In this document: positions 40,014 through 48,859 of the stretch, piece by piece
Layout: each line of letters starts with the position of its first letter
How positions within the stretch are numbered: the stretch's first letter is position 1
DNA from: Spirochaetia bacterium
Lineage (GTDB): Bacteria; Spirochaetota; Spirochaetia; DSM-16054; Sediminispirochaetaceae
Direction: 5' to 3'
DNA length: 64,000 nucleotides
NCBI GenBank assembly: GCA_034520965.1
Contig: JAXHMY010000009.1
Span: 32,001 to 96,000, forward strand
Translations under genes and position numbers: made by a program
The notes under the pieces: model-generated
Database searches by the model: none
What the model saw: only the letters and a program-made list of their open reading frames with translations
Told to the model about the DNA's origin: nothing

Positions 40014-40347
40014 TTCTGTTGTGATTGGCGACAATTATGTGTGCGTGCGTGGTACGCTATGCCGATATCGGCATTTCCGTGAGGGGGTGGAGATCTTCGT
40101 TATTAATCCACTTTCAAGGGCAAAAACATCGGCTCCTGATTTCAAAACCCGTACATGAGTAACACCGGAAACGGAAAGATCCCGCTGAACTGCGCAGCTG
40201 AAGGCAACATGGAATTAGGAAATATATATTTACCTACCCAGGGATCGAACGTGACAGAAACGATTGAACACTGCAGAGCTGCTGATCTCAAAACAACCTT
40301 TCTCCCGCAATCTTACGCGTTTTCACTCATTTTTGCATTTGTATAAC

Positions 40348-40407
40348 TTGACTAATATGATCAAGCTTATTACTATATGTACATGCAAACATGCGCATGT
40401 ATACATA
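40348..40407 (+). promoter_or_regulatory. Promoter and ArsR operator of second ars operon copy
   Basis: TTGACT-17-TACTAT then CATGCAAACATGCGCATGTATACATA. Confidence 0.65.
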
Positions 40408-40426
40408 CATCTGATATGTCGGGAGA

Positions 40427-40743
40427 ATGAACCAACCATATGCTTTCAACAGCTGATACCCGACTGCGAATTGTACGGCTGCTCCTTGCAGTCGATAGTT
40501 CGGTATGTGTTTGCGAACTGGTTGATGCCCTGGGGCTATCACGGATTAGCGGGCACAGACTCGTTATTGTCTGCGCTCTGGACATTTCTGCGTACCGCGC
40601 CGATGGATACGAAAGAAGAGAAACAGCTCCGGCGAGATCAGAAGGCTTTGGAACTTCGATTGCAGCTGCGCAAGAACGGAATATGTGTTCTAGGACGGCA
40701 CTCTAGGCACCTTCAGAAGTCTGAAGGAAAGAGTAAAACCTGA
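40427..40743 (+). pseudogene. arsR: ArsR pseudogene (recognition helix deleted, frames broken)
   Basis: DTRLRIVRLL...CVCELVDALGL in one frame, LLSALWTFL...RLQLRKNGICVLG in another; both match ArsR 27600. Confidence 0.85.
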
Positions 40744-40765
40744 CAAGTAAGAAGGAGAGAGTAAT

Positions 40766-41125
40766 ATGAGTAGTGACAAAATTGTTGATTCAAAGGTGGG
40801 AGTCGAAATCTTCGATCCGCCGATGTGTTGTCCTGGAGGTCTTTGCGGACCAGCAATCGATCCGGCACTTCTGGATGTAAACGAAGCGGTGCTCCGGCTC
40901 AAGAAAGAGCATGGAATTGCCGTACAACGGTATCTGCTTCAGCAGCAGGGGCAGAAGTTCATGGAAAACCCGGAGGTTCTCGCGCTCCTCAAGGAGCACG
41001 GAACGGACATTCTGCCGTTGACTGTGGTCAATGGAATAGTTGTAAAGAAACAGGGTTTCCCTACCTACGAGGAGCTGCTCGCCTGGAGCGAAAGCGGCAA
41101 TTCGGCAGGGGTGGAACAGCAATAA
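40766..41125 (+). CDS. arsD: Arsenite metallochaperone ArsD
   Basis: FDPPMCCPGGLCGP, LPLTVVNG, FPTYEEL. Confidence 0.92.
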   Translation: MSSDKIVDSKVGVEIFDPPMCCPGGLCGPAIDPALLDVNEAVLRLKKEHGIAVQRYLLQQQGQKFMENPEVLALLKEHGTDILPLTVVNGIVVKKQGFPTYEELLAWSESGNSAGVEQQ

Positions 41126-41139
41126 CAGGAGTAGTTAAC

Positions 41140-43011
41140 ATGAGTTCATCACAGACACAGTATCTATTTTTCTCCGGCAAGGGGGGTGTTGGCAAAACGA
41201 CGATGGCCTGCGCCACCGCAGTTGAGAATGCCGAAGCGGGAAAGCGCACCCTCATCGTCACAACCGATCCGGCGTCAAACCTTTCAGACGTTTTTGAGAC
41301 CGAAATCGGCCATACTGTCAGGCCTTTGGGAGAGAGCCACGGAATAACCGGACTCTACGGTATGGAAATTGACCCGGATCTGGCTACAGAGGAGTACCGG
41401 GAGCGGATTCTCGCACCTATGAGGGCGGTAATGCCGGAGAGCGTGATCAAGGTAATGGAGGAGCAGTTTAACTCGCCATGCACCACGGAGATAGCCTCTT
41501 TCGACCGTTTCGTGGACTTCATGTCCGAAGGCGCCGACTGGGATGTGGTTATTTTTGATACGGCCCCAACAGGCCATACCCTTCGACTCCTGGAGCTTCC
41601 GGTAGACTGGAGCACGCACATCGAAGAGAGTGCCAAGGGGACCGGTAACACCTGCATAGGTCCGGTTGCCTCGATTCAGGAAAACAAGGTCAAATATGAT
41701 GAGGCAACCCGGCTCCTGGCCGATCCGGAACGAACGGAGTTTACCTTCGTGCTCCTGCCCGAGGAGACTTCCATTTACGAGACAAAGCGGTCATCAGCAG
41801 AGCTTGCGGAGATCGGCATAAAAAACACACGTCTTATTGTCAATGGTATTCTTCCGGAAGATGTTTGCGATCATCCGTTCTTTCGCAGTCGCTACGATAT
41901 GCAGCAGAGACACCTGATTCAAATTGGAGAAGAGTTCTCTTCTCCATTGAAGTACATGTACCAGCGAGACGGCGAAATAAAGGGCGTTGTGGGGCTTAAA
42001 CATATAGCTCGGGACCTCTTTGCCGGAAAAAACCACCACCCACAGTATTCACTCGGTTCCCCCGAAATCGGAGGAGAGGCGGAGTATGAGGTGCAGGACT
42101 CCCGCTCTCTCATGGATACGATTCGCCCGAGCACCGAAAAAACCAAGGCGATATTCTTTACCGGTAAGGGCGGCGTCGGCAAGACGGCAGTCTCCTGTGC
42201 TACCGCATTCGCCCTTGGGCGGGCCGGTTTCAAAACCCTCCTGCTGACCACCGATCCAGCCTCACATATCGGCCAGGTCCTGGAGCAGCCGGTGGGCGAT
42301 ACGATTACCGCTGTTAAGGATGCTCAGAATCTCGACGCAGTCATGATTGATCAGGAACAGGCGGTAATAGAGTACAAGGAGCGAATTCTTGAGGATGCAA
42401 AGAAGAAATACTCGGAAGATATGCTCCTGGCGGTTCGAGAGGAACTCGAATCTCCCTGTACCGAGGAGATGGCAGCCTTTGACAAGTTTATGTGGTACGT
42501 AGAAAAAGAGGAGTACGACATAGTTGTATTCGACACAGCTCCCACGGGGCATACATTACGGCTCCTTGAGCTCCCCTTCGACTACGCCGACCAGGTAGGA
42601 ATGATGGTCACCACCACCGGAGAAGGGAATACGGCTAAGAGCGAGACCCAGGCCCGGTTTGACCGAATTATTAAGCAAATGAAAGATCCCGAGCGCAGTG
42701 CCTTCGGTTTTGTTGTCTACCCGGAGTCGACACCCGTGGTTGAGGCGTACCGGGCTATGGAAGATCTGCGGGCAGCGGGAATCGACACACAATTTGTGGT
42801 AGCAAACCAGGTGCTTGAAGAGGAGTATTGCAGCAACGACTTCTTCCGCAAGCGGCGTGCGATGCAGGAGAAGTACCTGGGTGAAATCAATCGTCTGTTT
42901 AAGCTGCCGGTGACAATCATGCCGCTTTTTGAGACTGAGATCACCGGACTGGAGATGGTGGAACGGGGAGCCGATGCGCTTTTTGCCAACACAGCCGTAT
43001 CCTGCACTTAG
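41140..43011 (+). CDS. arsA: Arsenical pump-driving ATPase ArsA (tandem NBDs)
   Basis: Two GKGGVGKT, two DTAPTGHT, metal-site Cys in SPCTTE, TCIGP, SPCTEE. Confidence 0.96.
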   Translation: MSSSQTQYLFFSGKGGVGKTTMACATAVENAEAGKRTLIVTTDPASNLSDVFETEIGHTVRPLGESHGITGLYGMEIDPDLATEEYRERILAPMRAVMPESVIKVMEEQFNSPCTTEIASFDRFVDFMSEGADWDVVIFDTAPTGHTLRLLELPVDWSTHIEESAKGTGNTCIGPVASIQENKVKYDEATRLLADPERTEFTFVLLPEETSIYETKRSSAELAEIGIKNTRLIVNGILPEDVCDHPFFRSRYDMQQRHLIQIGEEFSSPLKYMYQRDGEIKGVVGLKHIARDLFAGKNHHPQYSLGSPEIGGEAEYEVQDSRSLMDTIRPSTEKTKAIFFTGKGGVGKTAVSCATAFALGRAGFKTLLLTTDPASHIGQVLEQPVGDTITAVKDAQNLDAVMIDQEQAVIEYKERILEDAKKKYSEDMLLAVREELESPCTEEMAAFDKFMWYVEKEEYDIVVFDTAPTGHTLRLLELPFDYADQVGMMVTTTGEGNTAKSETQARFDRIIKQMKDPERSAFGFVVYPESTPVVEAYRAMEDLRAAGIDTQFVVANQVLEEEYCSNDFFRKRRAMQEKYLGEINRLFKLPVTIMPLFETEITGLEMVERGADALFANTAVSCT

Positions 43012-43060
43012 AAGGGCCCGGATCGTGAAAATAATACATTTTATATGAGGAGAAGAAACT

Positions 43061-43297
43061 ATGTCGAATCTTGACGCACGAGAGAAAGAGTTAGTAGCTA
43101 TTGGTGCCGCCTATGCCGGCAACTGCATCCCATGCATGGAGTATCATATACCTGCAGCCCGAAAGGCCGGGTTGACGGATGAACAGATTCAGGAAGCTAT
43201 CGAGCTTGCTGAAAAAGTGAAGCAGGTTCCGGCTAAGAAGGTGCTCGATACAGCAAAGTTGCTTATCGCGGGAGTCGGCGGCGGCATTAAAGTATAA
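43061..43297 (+). CDS. Carboxymuconolactone decarboxylase/AhpD-family protein
   Basis: LDAREKELVAIG...CIPCMEYH...AGLTDEQI. Confidence 0.88.
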   Translation: MSNLDAREKELVAIGAAYAGNCIPCMEYHIPAARKAGLTDEQIQEAIELAEKVKQVPAKKVLDTAKLLIAGVGGGIKV

Positions 43298-43337
43298 TGC
43301 TGCCGTCACGAAGAATTCATAGAAACAGGAGGATTAA

Positions 43338-43724
43338 ATGGCTGAACAGACAAAAAATATAGATACACTTATCGCTGCGGCTCAGGAGTTTGCAGAAGGA
43401 GTCGCCCAAACAGCGGAATACCACGAGTTTCAAACCGCTGTCGATGCGTATCACAAAGACGAAGAGGCTCTGGAGCTCTTGCAAAAGTTCCAAACGGCTC
43501 AAGAGCAAGCACAAAAGTTTGAGCCCTGGGGAGGAGTTTCAACTGGAGGCGAAGAAGATCTGGAGACGCTTCAGGCGAAAGTGTTGGCACAACCGATGCT
43601 TGCCCGATACTTCAGCTCTCAAGAGACGCTTCTTCAGGCGCTCCAGGAGACAAACATCTATATGGCCGACAAGTTGGGGTTTGATTTTGCCGGGCTCACC
43701 AAACCAGCCGGTGGCTGTTGTTAA
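43338..43724 (+). CDS. YlbF-family Cys-Cys-terminal protein
   Basis: Helical YlbF-like pattern, LGFDFA, ends GGCC. Confidence 0.8.
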   Translation: MAEQTKNIDTLIAAAQEFAEGVAQTAEYHEFQTAVDAYHKDEEALELLQKFQTAQEQAQKFEPWGGVSTGGEEDLETLQAKVLAQPMLARYFSSQETLLQALQETNIYMADKLGFDFAGLTKPAGGCC

Positions 43725-43748
43725 AGCTTCGAATAAAGAGGATGCAGT

Positions 43749-44120
43749 ATGATTAGTAGAGAACTACAGAACACAGCGGACACCTTGGTGACCGCATTAG
43801 AAAAAAACGAGAGCATTTCAGCTTATCAGGCGGCAAAACGTCGCTCTGAGGAAAACGAGGAGCTCAAGCAGCTTCGGGCGACCTATTCCGAACTACTGCC
43901 CGAGCTCCAGCAAAAGCAAGCGGACGGGACCCTCACGCAGGAGGACATTGGAAGCTTACGCTCCCTCCAGGAACAAATCAATCAACACCCGGCCTCCGTC
44001 GAATTACTTCGCACCCTGCAGGAGGCAACTCCGATACTGAAAGAGTGCAACAGTACGATAAGCCGGATCCTGGGATTCGACTTCTCTGCACACGCAGCAC
44101 CGCCTTCCGGGTGTTGTTAA
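43749..44120 (+). CDS. YlbF-family Cys-Cys-terminal protein (paralogue)
   Basis: Helical YlbF-like pattern, LGFDFS, ends SGCC. Confidence 0.8.
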   Translation: MISRELQNTADTLVTALEKNESISAYQAAKRRSEENEELKQLRATYSELLPELQQKQADGTLTQEDIGSLRSLQEQINQHPASVELLRTLQEATPILKECNSTISRILGFDFSAHAAPPSGCC

Positions 44121-44145
44121 CCACCGGTTTGGACGATACGTGTCT

Positions 44146-45386
44146 ATGCCTGCAATAAAGCAGAATACCCGGGTGCGCAGATACGCGCGCCTTCTTGTAA
44201 AGGTGGCAGTGAACATTCAGCCGGGGCAGCGATTCACCATATGGAAGGCCCCGGTCGACGCTGCTCCCTTTGTGCGGATGCTTACCGAAGAAGCATATAT
44301 TGCCGGAGCCTCGTATGTAGATGTTTTCTGGCGGGACGATCACCTGGAATTGATCCGCCTCATGCGCACAGCTCCTTCGGTCTACACCGATCGCCCTGAT
44401 TGGGAAGTGACTGTTATGGAAAACTCGGCGAGACAGGGGGTGCATTTCTCTTTTTTGACTGCACCTGTGCGGGGGTCTTTGACAATACCCCAACGGCAAT
44501 GGTAGCCCGAGCGCTGGCATTGGAGAGCGAACATCTTCAACGGGTCTGGCAGTTTTTTGTGCGCAATACGGTCAACTGGTCAATTGCCACGGTTCCGACT
44601 CCAAGCTGGGCACACAAGGTGTTCCCGGAGCTCCCGGTCGAAGAGGGAATACAGGAGCTCTGGGAGACCATTTTTGTCACTTGTCGTATAGATACGGAGA
44701 ATTACGTTGAACGATGGGAGCGACACCGAAGCACCCTGGAGGATCGTAGTCGATTGCTCAATGATTTACGCCTTAGAGCACTCCACTTTGAAGGTCCCGG
44801 GACAGAGTTGAGAGTGGGGCTTCCCCGCGGTCACGTATGGCGCAATCCCGGTTTCGTGACGCAAGACGGAATACCCTTCATCGCGGATATCCCAATAGAA
44901 GAGGTGTTTACCCTGCCGCATCGAAATGAGGTGGAAGGCCATGTTCGTTCGACCAGGCCTTTTGTGGTGAACGGACGAACCGTCGATGATTTCACCCTGC
45001 GGTTTCAGAGAGGAAGGATCACCAGTATCGAGGGGTGCAGGCAGGATCAGGAGATGCTTCGCACGCTTATAAACAACAATGAAGGTGCGGATCGGCTCGG
45101 CGAGGTGGCTCTGGTTCCCGTAGACTCACTGGTGGCTAATCGCGACCGCCCCTATTACAACACCCTGTTCGATGAAAACTCCTCCTCTCACCTCGCCTTT
45201 GGTCGTGCGTACCGTTTCTGTCTCGATGGCGGCGAGGAGCTGTCAGAGGAGAAATTCCTCGCCGCCGGGGGCAATGTTAGCTCCGTTCATGTGGATTTCA
45301 TGGTTGGTTCGACGGAGGTACATGTTTTTGGTGAGACATGGGATGGGCTGCGGATACCGATTATGCAAAATGGAGTGTGGAGTTAG
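44146..45386 (+). pseudogene. M29 (AmpS/aminopeptidase T) peptidase, frameshift at G5 run 44436-44440
   Basis: YARLLVKVAVNIQPGQ N-terminus; IPIEEVFT, LGEVALV, TLFDEN, HLAFG, HVDFM in second frame. Confidence 0.85.
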
Positions 45387-45439
45387 ACGCAAGCGATGAA
45401 TACATCAAACATCAATATATAAAGAATGTTCGAGTTAAG
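45378..45439 (+). repeat. Collapsed remnant of second sigZ-permease copy
   Basis: 45378-45419 = 38196-38237 and 45414-45439 = 39325-39350, joined at AATATA. Confidence 0.88.
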
Positions 45440-45732
45440 CCTGAGTAAAGCTGCTTTAGCTTTCCGGTCAGGATTGTTTGCATCTGAGCCGGGGATATGC
45501 CCTCAAAATCATCCAGGCCTTTGGTGTTTTTCTCTTCCATGAAGCTGTTCATGAAGGATTGGGCTTCCGAAAGGTTGGAGAACTCCCGGCCTTTCATTTC
45601 GGCAGCGATGCTTTTCTGGGTCTCTGTAGCCATGTTGGGTTTTCCTAGAAACTCCCTGAAGGTGGCGGGATAGGCATCATCGGGCAGACTCTCGCAGTAA
45701 GCCTCGTAGCGGCCCATCGCGTAGGACGCCAA
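45440..45732 (-). pseudogene. Truncated hypothetical protein
   Basis: Protein-like ...EFSNLSEAQSFM...LDDFEGISPAQM cut off at the 45439 junction. Confidence 0.45.
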
Positions 45733-46176
45733 GCCGAGCAGTGAGCGTAGCGAACGACCGGGCCCTGCAACCCGAGCTATGTATGATTATTTTGGTAATG
45801 AAAAAAGAGTCGTGTGTTACCTGACATAAGTGAAATAGCCGCCAATTTAAATTATAAATTTCATAATGTAGTTATCCTGAGCACAATAATTGTCTGATGC
45901 TGCTTTTTATTGTAAAGGTACGATCAAATTAAGTAGAAATATGTTGAAAATAGCACTTTCAAGTAATCTATTGTTGACAGGAAGAATAAGCTATTTTATC
46001 ATGCAGTCAGTATTGCTTAGAATTTATGTAATGCTTGCGACATATAGGACTTTTTTAACCTAACACCGCGTTCGGCGCCATTTGGCAAGCGTAACGCTTG
46101 GGAAGACTTGTGTAAAACCACCAGATGTCCAGGTGCTTGGCAAGATAAAGGTATTCAATTTTTAGGAGGAATATGT

Positions 46177-47994
46177 ATGAATCCAACTACGGTTAAAGAT
46201 ATGCTAACCGTTGTCGAGAGTTGCATGGGTGATGCACCCCCGTATTGTCATACGGCATGCCCAATGCATACCGACGTAAAAGGTTACGTCAACCTGATCG
46301 CGGATGGTAAACACAAAGAAGCGATTCAGACAATCCGGGAAAAGCTGTTTCTTCCCAAAACCCTTGGACGGGTTTGCGCCCATCCCTGCGAGGAGCAGTG
46401 TAAACGAAACGAGGTGGGTAATGCGATGTCGATTGCGGCGCTCAAACGCTTTGTCGCAGACAACTACGACGATGAGAATGATTGGGACCTCACCTGCGAA
46501 GCGGAGCGACCAGAAAAAATTGCGGTTATTGGAGCAGGACCTGCCGGAGCGCAGGCAGCTCTCGATTTGCGTCGCAACGGATACCAGGTAACGATTTACG
46601 AGAAACATCCGGTTGTGGGCGGTATGTTGTATGTTGGAATACCTTCATACCGGCTGCCGCGGGAAATTATCAATGCTGAATACAGTCTCCTGAACCGTCT
46701 TGGTGTTCGCTTTGAGCTGTCAACTGAAGTTGGCAAGGACATTCCCTTTGATGATCTTGTAGAACAGTATGATGGCGTGGTTATAGCGATTGGTGCACAC
46801 AAGGGATTCAAGCTCCCCGTAAAGGGTGCGGAACTGCCTGGTGCGGTGCAGGCGGTCGATTTTCTGCGTGAGGTGAGTCTGACGGGAAAGTACGAAGGCT
46901 TCGGTAAACGTGTTACCATTATTGGCGGTGGTAACGTTGCCCTTGACTCTGCTCGTACGGCGATACGTCTTGGTGCCGAGAAAGTCCACCTGGTTTGTCT
47001 TGAGCGTGATATCAAGGAAATGTTCGCCCACGACTGGGAAGTTGAGGAAGCCGTTGAAGAAGGCGTCATTCTGCACAACTCCTGGGGTACCGATACGATT
47101 GAGGGTAACGGAAAGGTCGAACGAATCAACCTGAAGAAGTGTATCCAGGTATTCGACCCGAAAGGCCGCTTCAACCCCGCTTATGACGAACAGAACAAGG
47201 ATACGATCGAGACGGACATGGTGATCTTTGCAATCGGCCAGGGTGTGGACAGCGAATTTGCAACGTCGGTGGAAGTTGGTCGGGGCGGTCGCTTTGTCGT
47301 CGACGCGAAAACACTCCAGACCACCAATCGTAAAGTATTTGCCTGCGGCGACGGCACCGGCATCTCGCTTATGGCTGTCGAGGCGATGTCGGAGGGAAGG
47401 ATTGCGGCAGAATCGCTGCATCGGTACCTGAACGGTCGGGATATGCGTTCCAACCGGGATCACGAAAGAGCGTACCGCACCAGCCTTGAGACGACGATTC
47501 CGGCAGATGACACAAATCCTGTTCGGGTCGAGACCCGGAAGATGGATATCGCGACGCGCAAACAAACGTTTAGCGAGGTGGACCTCGGTTTCTCTGAAGA
47601 AGAGGCTCTTAACGAGGCTTCCCGATGTCTTAAATGCGAGTGCCGTCTCTGTGTCAAAGAGTGCCTCATGCTTCAGGAGTATTCGCCGGACAGTCCCAAG
47701 ACCTATTTCAAGGAGGTACTGATCAACGGCAAACTGGATGCTATCACCCCCTTCTCCTGTAATATGTGCGGTACCTGCACACTGGTCTGTCCGAGGGATT
47801 TTAGACTTCAGGAAATTTTCATGAATATGCGGAAAGAACTGGTTGCGGCCAATCACGGCAAGTCGCCGATGAAGGGTCACAAAGCGATCGAAATGCATCA
47901 GCTGTTGGGCTTCTCCCGCATCTTCAATACAACACAAGCGGCCAAAACTTCTGGTAGCAACGGCAAGGAAAAGTCCGCAGGAGGTAGCAAATGA
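46177..47994 (+). CDS. GltD/SudA-like flavo-iron-sulfur oxidoreductase with C-terminal 4Fe-4S dicluster
   Basis: CHTACP, GRVCAHPCE, GAGPAG, GGGNVA, EASRCLKC, CxxCxxEC, CNMCGTCTLVCP. Confidence 0.92.
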   Translation: MNPTTVKDMLTVVESCMGDAPPYCHTACPMHTDVKGYVNLIADGKHKEAIQTIREKLFLPKTLGRVCAHPCEEQCKRNEVGNAMSIAALKRFVADNYDDENDWDLTCEAERPEKIAVIGAGPAGAQAALDLRRNGYQVTIYEKHPVVGGMLYVGIPSYRLPREIINAEYSLLNRLGVRFELSTEVGKDIPFDDLVEQYDGVVIAIGAHKGFKLPVKGAELPGAVQAVDFLREVSLTGKYEGFGKRVTIIGGGNVALDSARTAIRLGAEKVHLVCLERDIKEMFAHDWEVEEAVEEGVILHNSWGTDTIEGNGKVERINLKKCIQVFDPKGRFNPAYDEQNKDTIETDMVIFAIGQGVDSEFATSVEVGRGGRFVVDAKTLQTTNRKVFACGDGTGISLMAVEAMSEGRIAAESLHRYLNGRDMRSNRDHERAYRTSLETTIPADDTNPVRVETRKMDIATRKQTFSEVDLGFSEEEALNEASRCLKCECRLCVKECLMLQEYSPDSPKTYFKEVLINGKLDAITPFSCNMCGTCTLVCPRDFRLQEIFMNMRKELVAANHGKSPMKGHKAIEMHQLLGFSRIFNTTQAAKTSGSNGKEKSAGGSK

Positions 47995-48758
47995 CACCGA
48001 CAAAACGTATCTTTTTCCCAGGATGCAGCCTTCCTTCGTATAACCCGGAGGCGGTTGAAAAAATGATGGAACACCTGAAGGAGCGCCTTCCTGGAACAGG
48101 AGCGATTCTCAAGTGCTGCGGTAAGCCCACCAAGGCCCTTGGCCAGGTGGATAAATTCAAGAAGCGGTACGCCGGTGTACAGAAAGAGTTTGACCGGCTC
48201 GGGGCCGAAGAGATTATCGTCGCCTGCCAGTCCTGTTTTCTGACCCTTTCGGAGTACAGCCCGAAGCAAAAAATACGCTCGCTCTGGACGTTGCTGCCGG
48301 AAATCGGACTGCCCGAGGCCTCCCGCGGTATCGGCAAGGATAGCGACATCACCTTTGCGATTCATGATTCCTGTTCAACCCGGTACCGGTCGGATATCCA
48401 CGAAGGTGTTCGCTGGATCATGGACGAACTCGGATATAAGTATGAGGAACCGCCACATACCAAGGGGTCGACCCTCTGCTGCGGTTTTGGCGGAATGATT
48501 CTGCCGGCCAACCCGGAGCTTGCGCAGCGGATCATGGAGAACCGCACCTCCGAGGTGGAGTCTGAGTACATGGTCACGTACTGTGCGGCGTGCCGCGGGT
48601 CGATGATGATGGGTGGCAAAACTGCTCTTCATATACTTGACCTAATATTCGGCGGTCCCTGGAACTCGAAGTCTACATTTCCCGGTTCCGGCACCACGAT
48701 TGAATCGTGGAAGAACCGGCGGAAGGCAAAAAAGGGACTTGAAACCGTGCTTTCTTAA
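47991..48758 (+). CDS. CCG-domain (HdrB/HdrD-type) Fe-S protein
   Basis: FPGC, CCG, ACQSC, HDSC, CCGFGG, YCAAC. Confidence 0.9.
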   Translation: MTPTKRIFFPGCSLPSYNPEAVEKMMEHLKERLPGTGAILKCCGKPTKALGQVDKFKKRYAGVQKEFDRLGAEEIIVACQSCFLTLSEYSPKQKIRSLWTLLPEIGLPEASRGIGKDSDITFAIHDSCSTRYRSDIHEGVRWIMDELGYKYEEPPHTKGSTLCCGFGGMILPANPELAQRIMENRTSEVESEYMVTYCAACRGSMMMGGKTALHILDLIFGGPWNSKSTFPGSGTTIESWKNRRKAKKGLETVLS

Positions 48759-48859
48759 GGTTTTACCCACCCGGATCTGGCTGCTTAAGGCCCCTCCGGG
48801 TGTATTTTTTATCCTGCGTTTTTTCGCAGGAAAGATTTATCATTACAGGAGTTTGAACA

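Noticed and set aside
40014..40340. attC closing the sigZ-permease unit, or short ORFs 40155-40346 and 40264-40743 as real genes
   Set aside because: No GTCTAAC-type R'' found; ORFs lack motifs except the part that is the arsR remnant.
40825..41139. 105 aa N-terminal extension of ArsA in the ORF track
   Set aside because: Overlaps arsD in another frame; real start at ATG 41140 with AGGAG upstream.
46060..46145. Possible cobalamin or Moco riboswitch upstream of the flavo-FeS gene (GCCATTTG...GGGAAGAC, hairpin CAAGCG-TAA-CGCTTG)
   Set aside because: Only fragments of the consensus; no B12 box or other conserved elements recognisable. An Infernal/Rfam scan would be needed.
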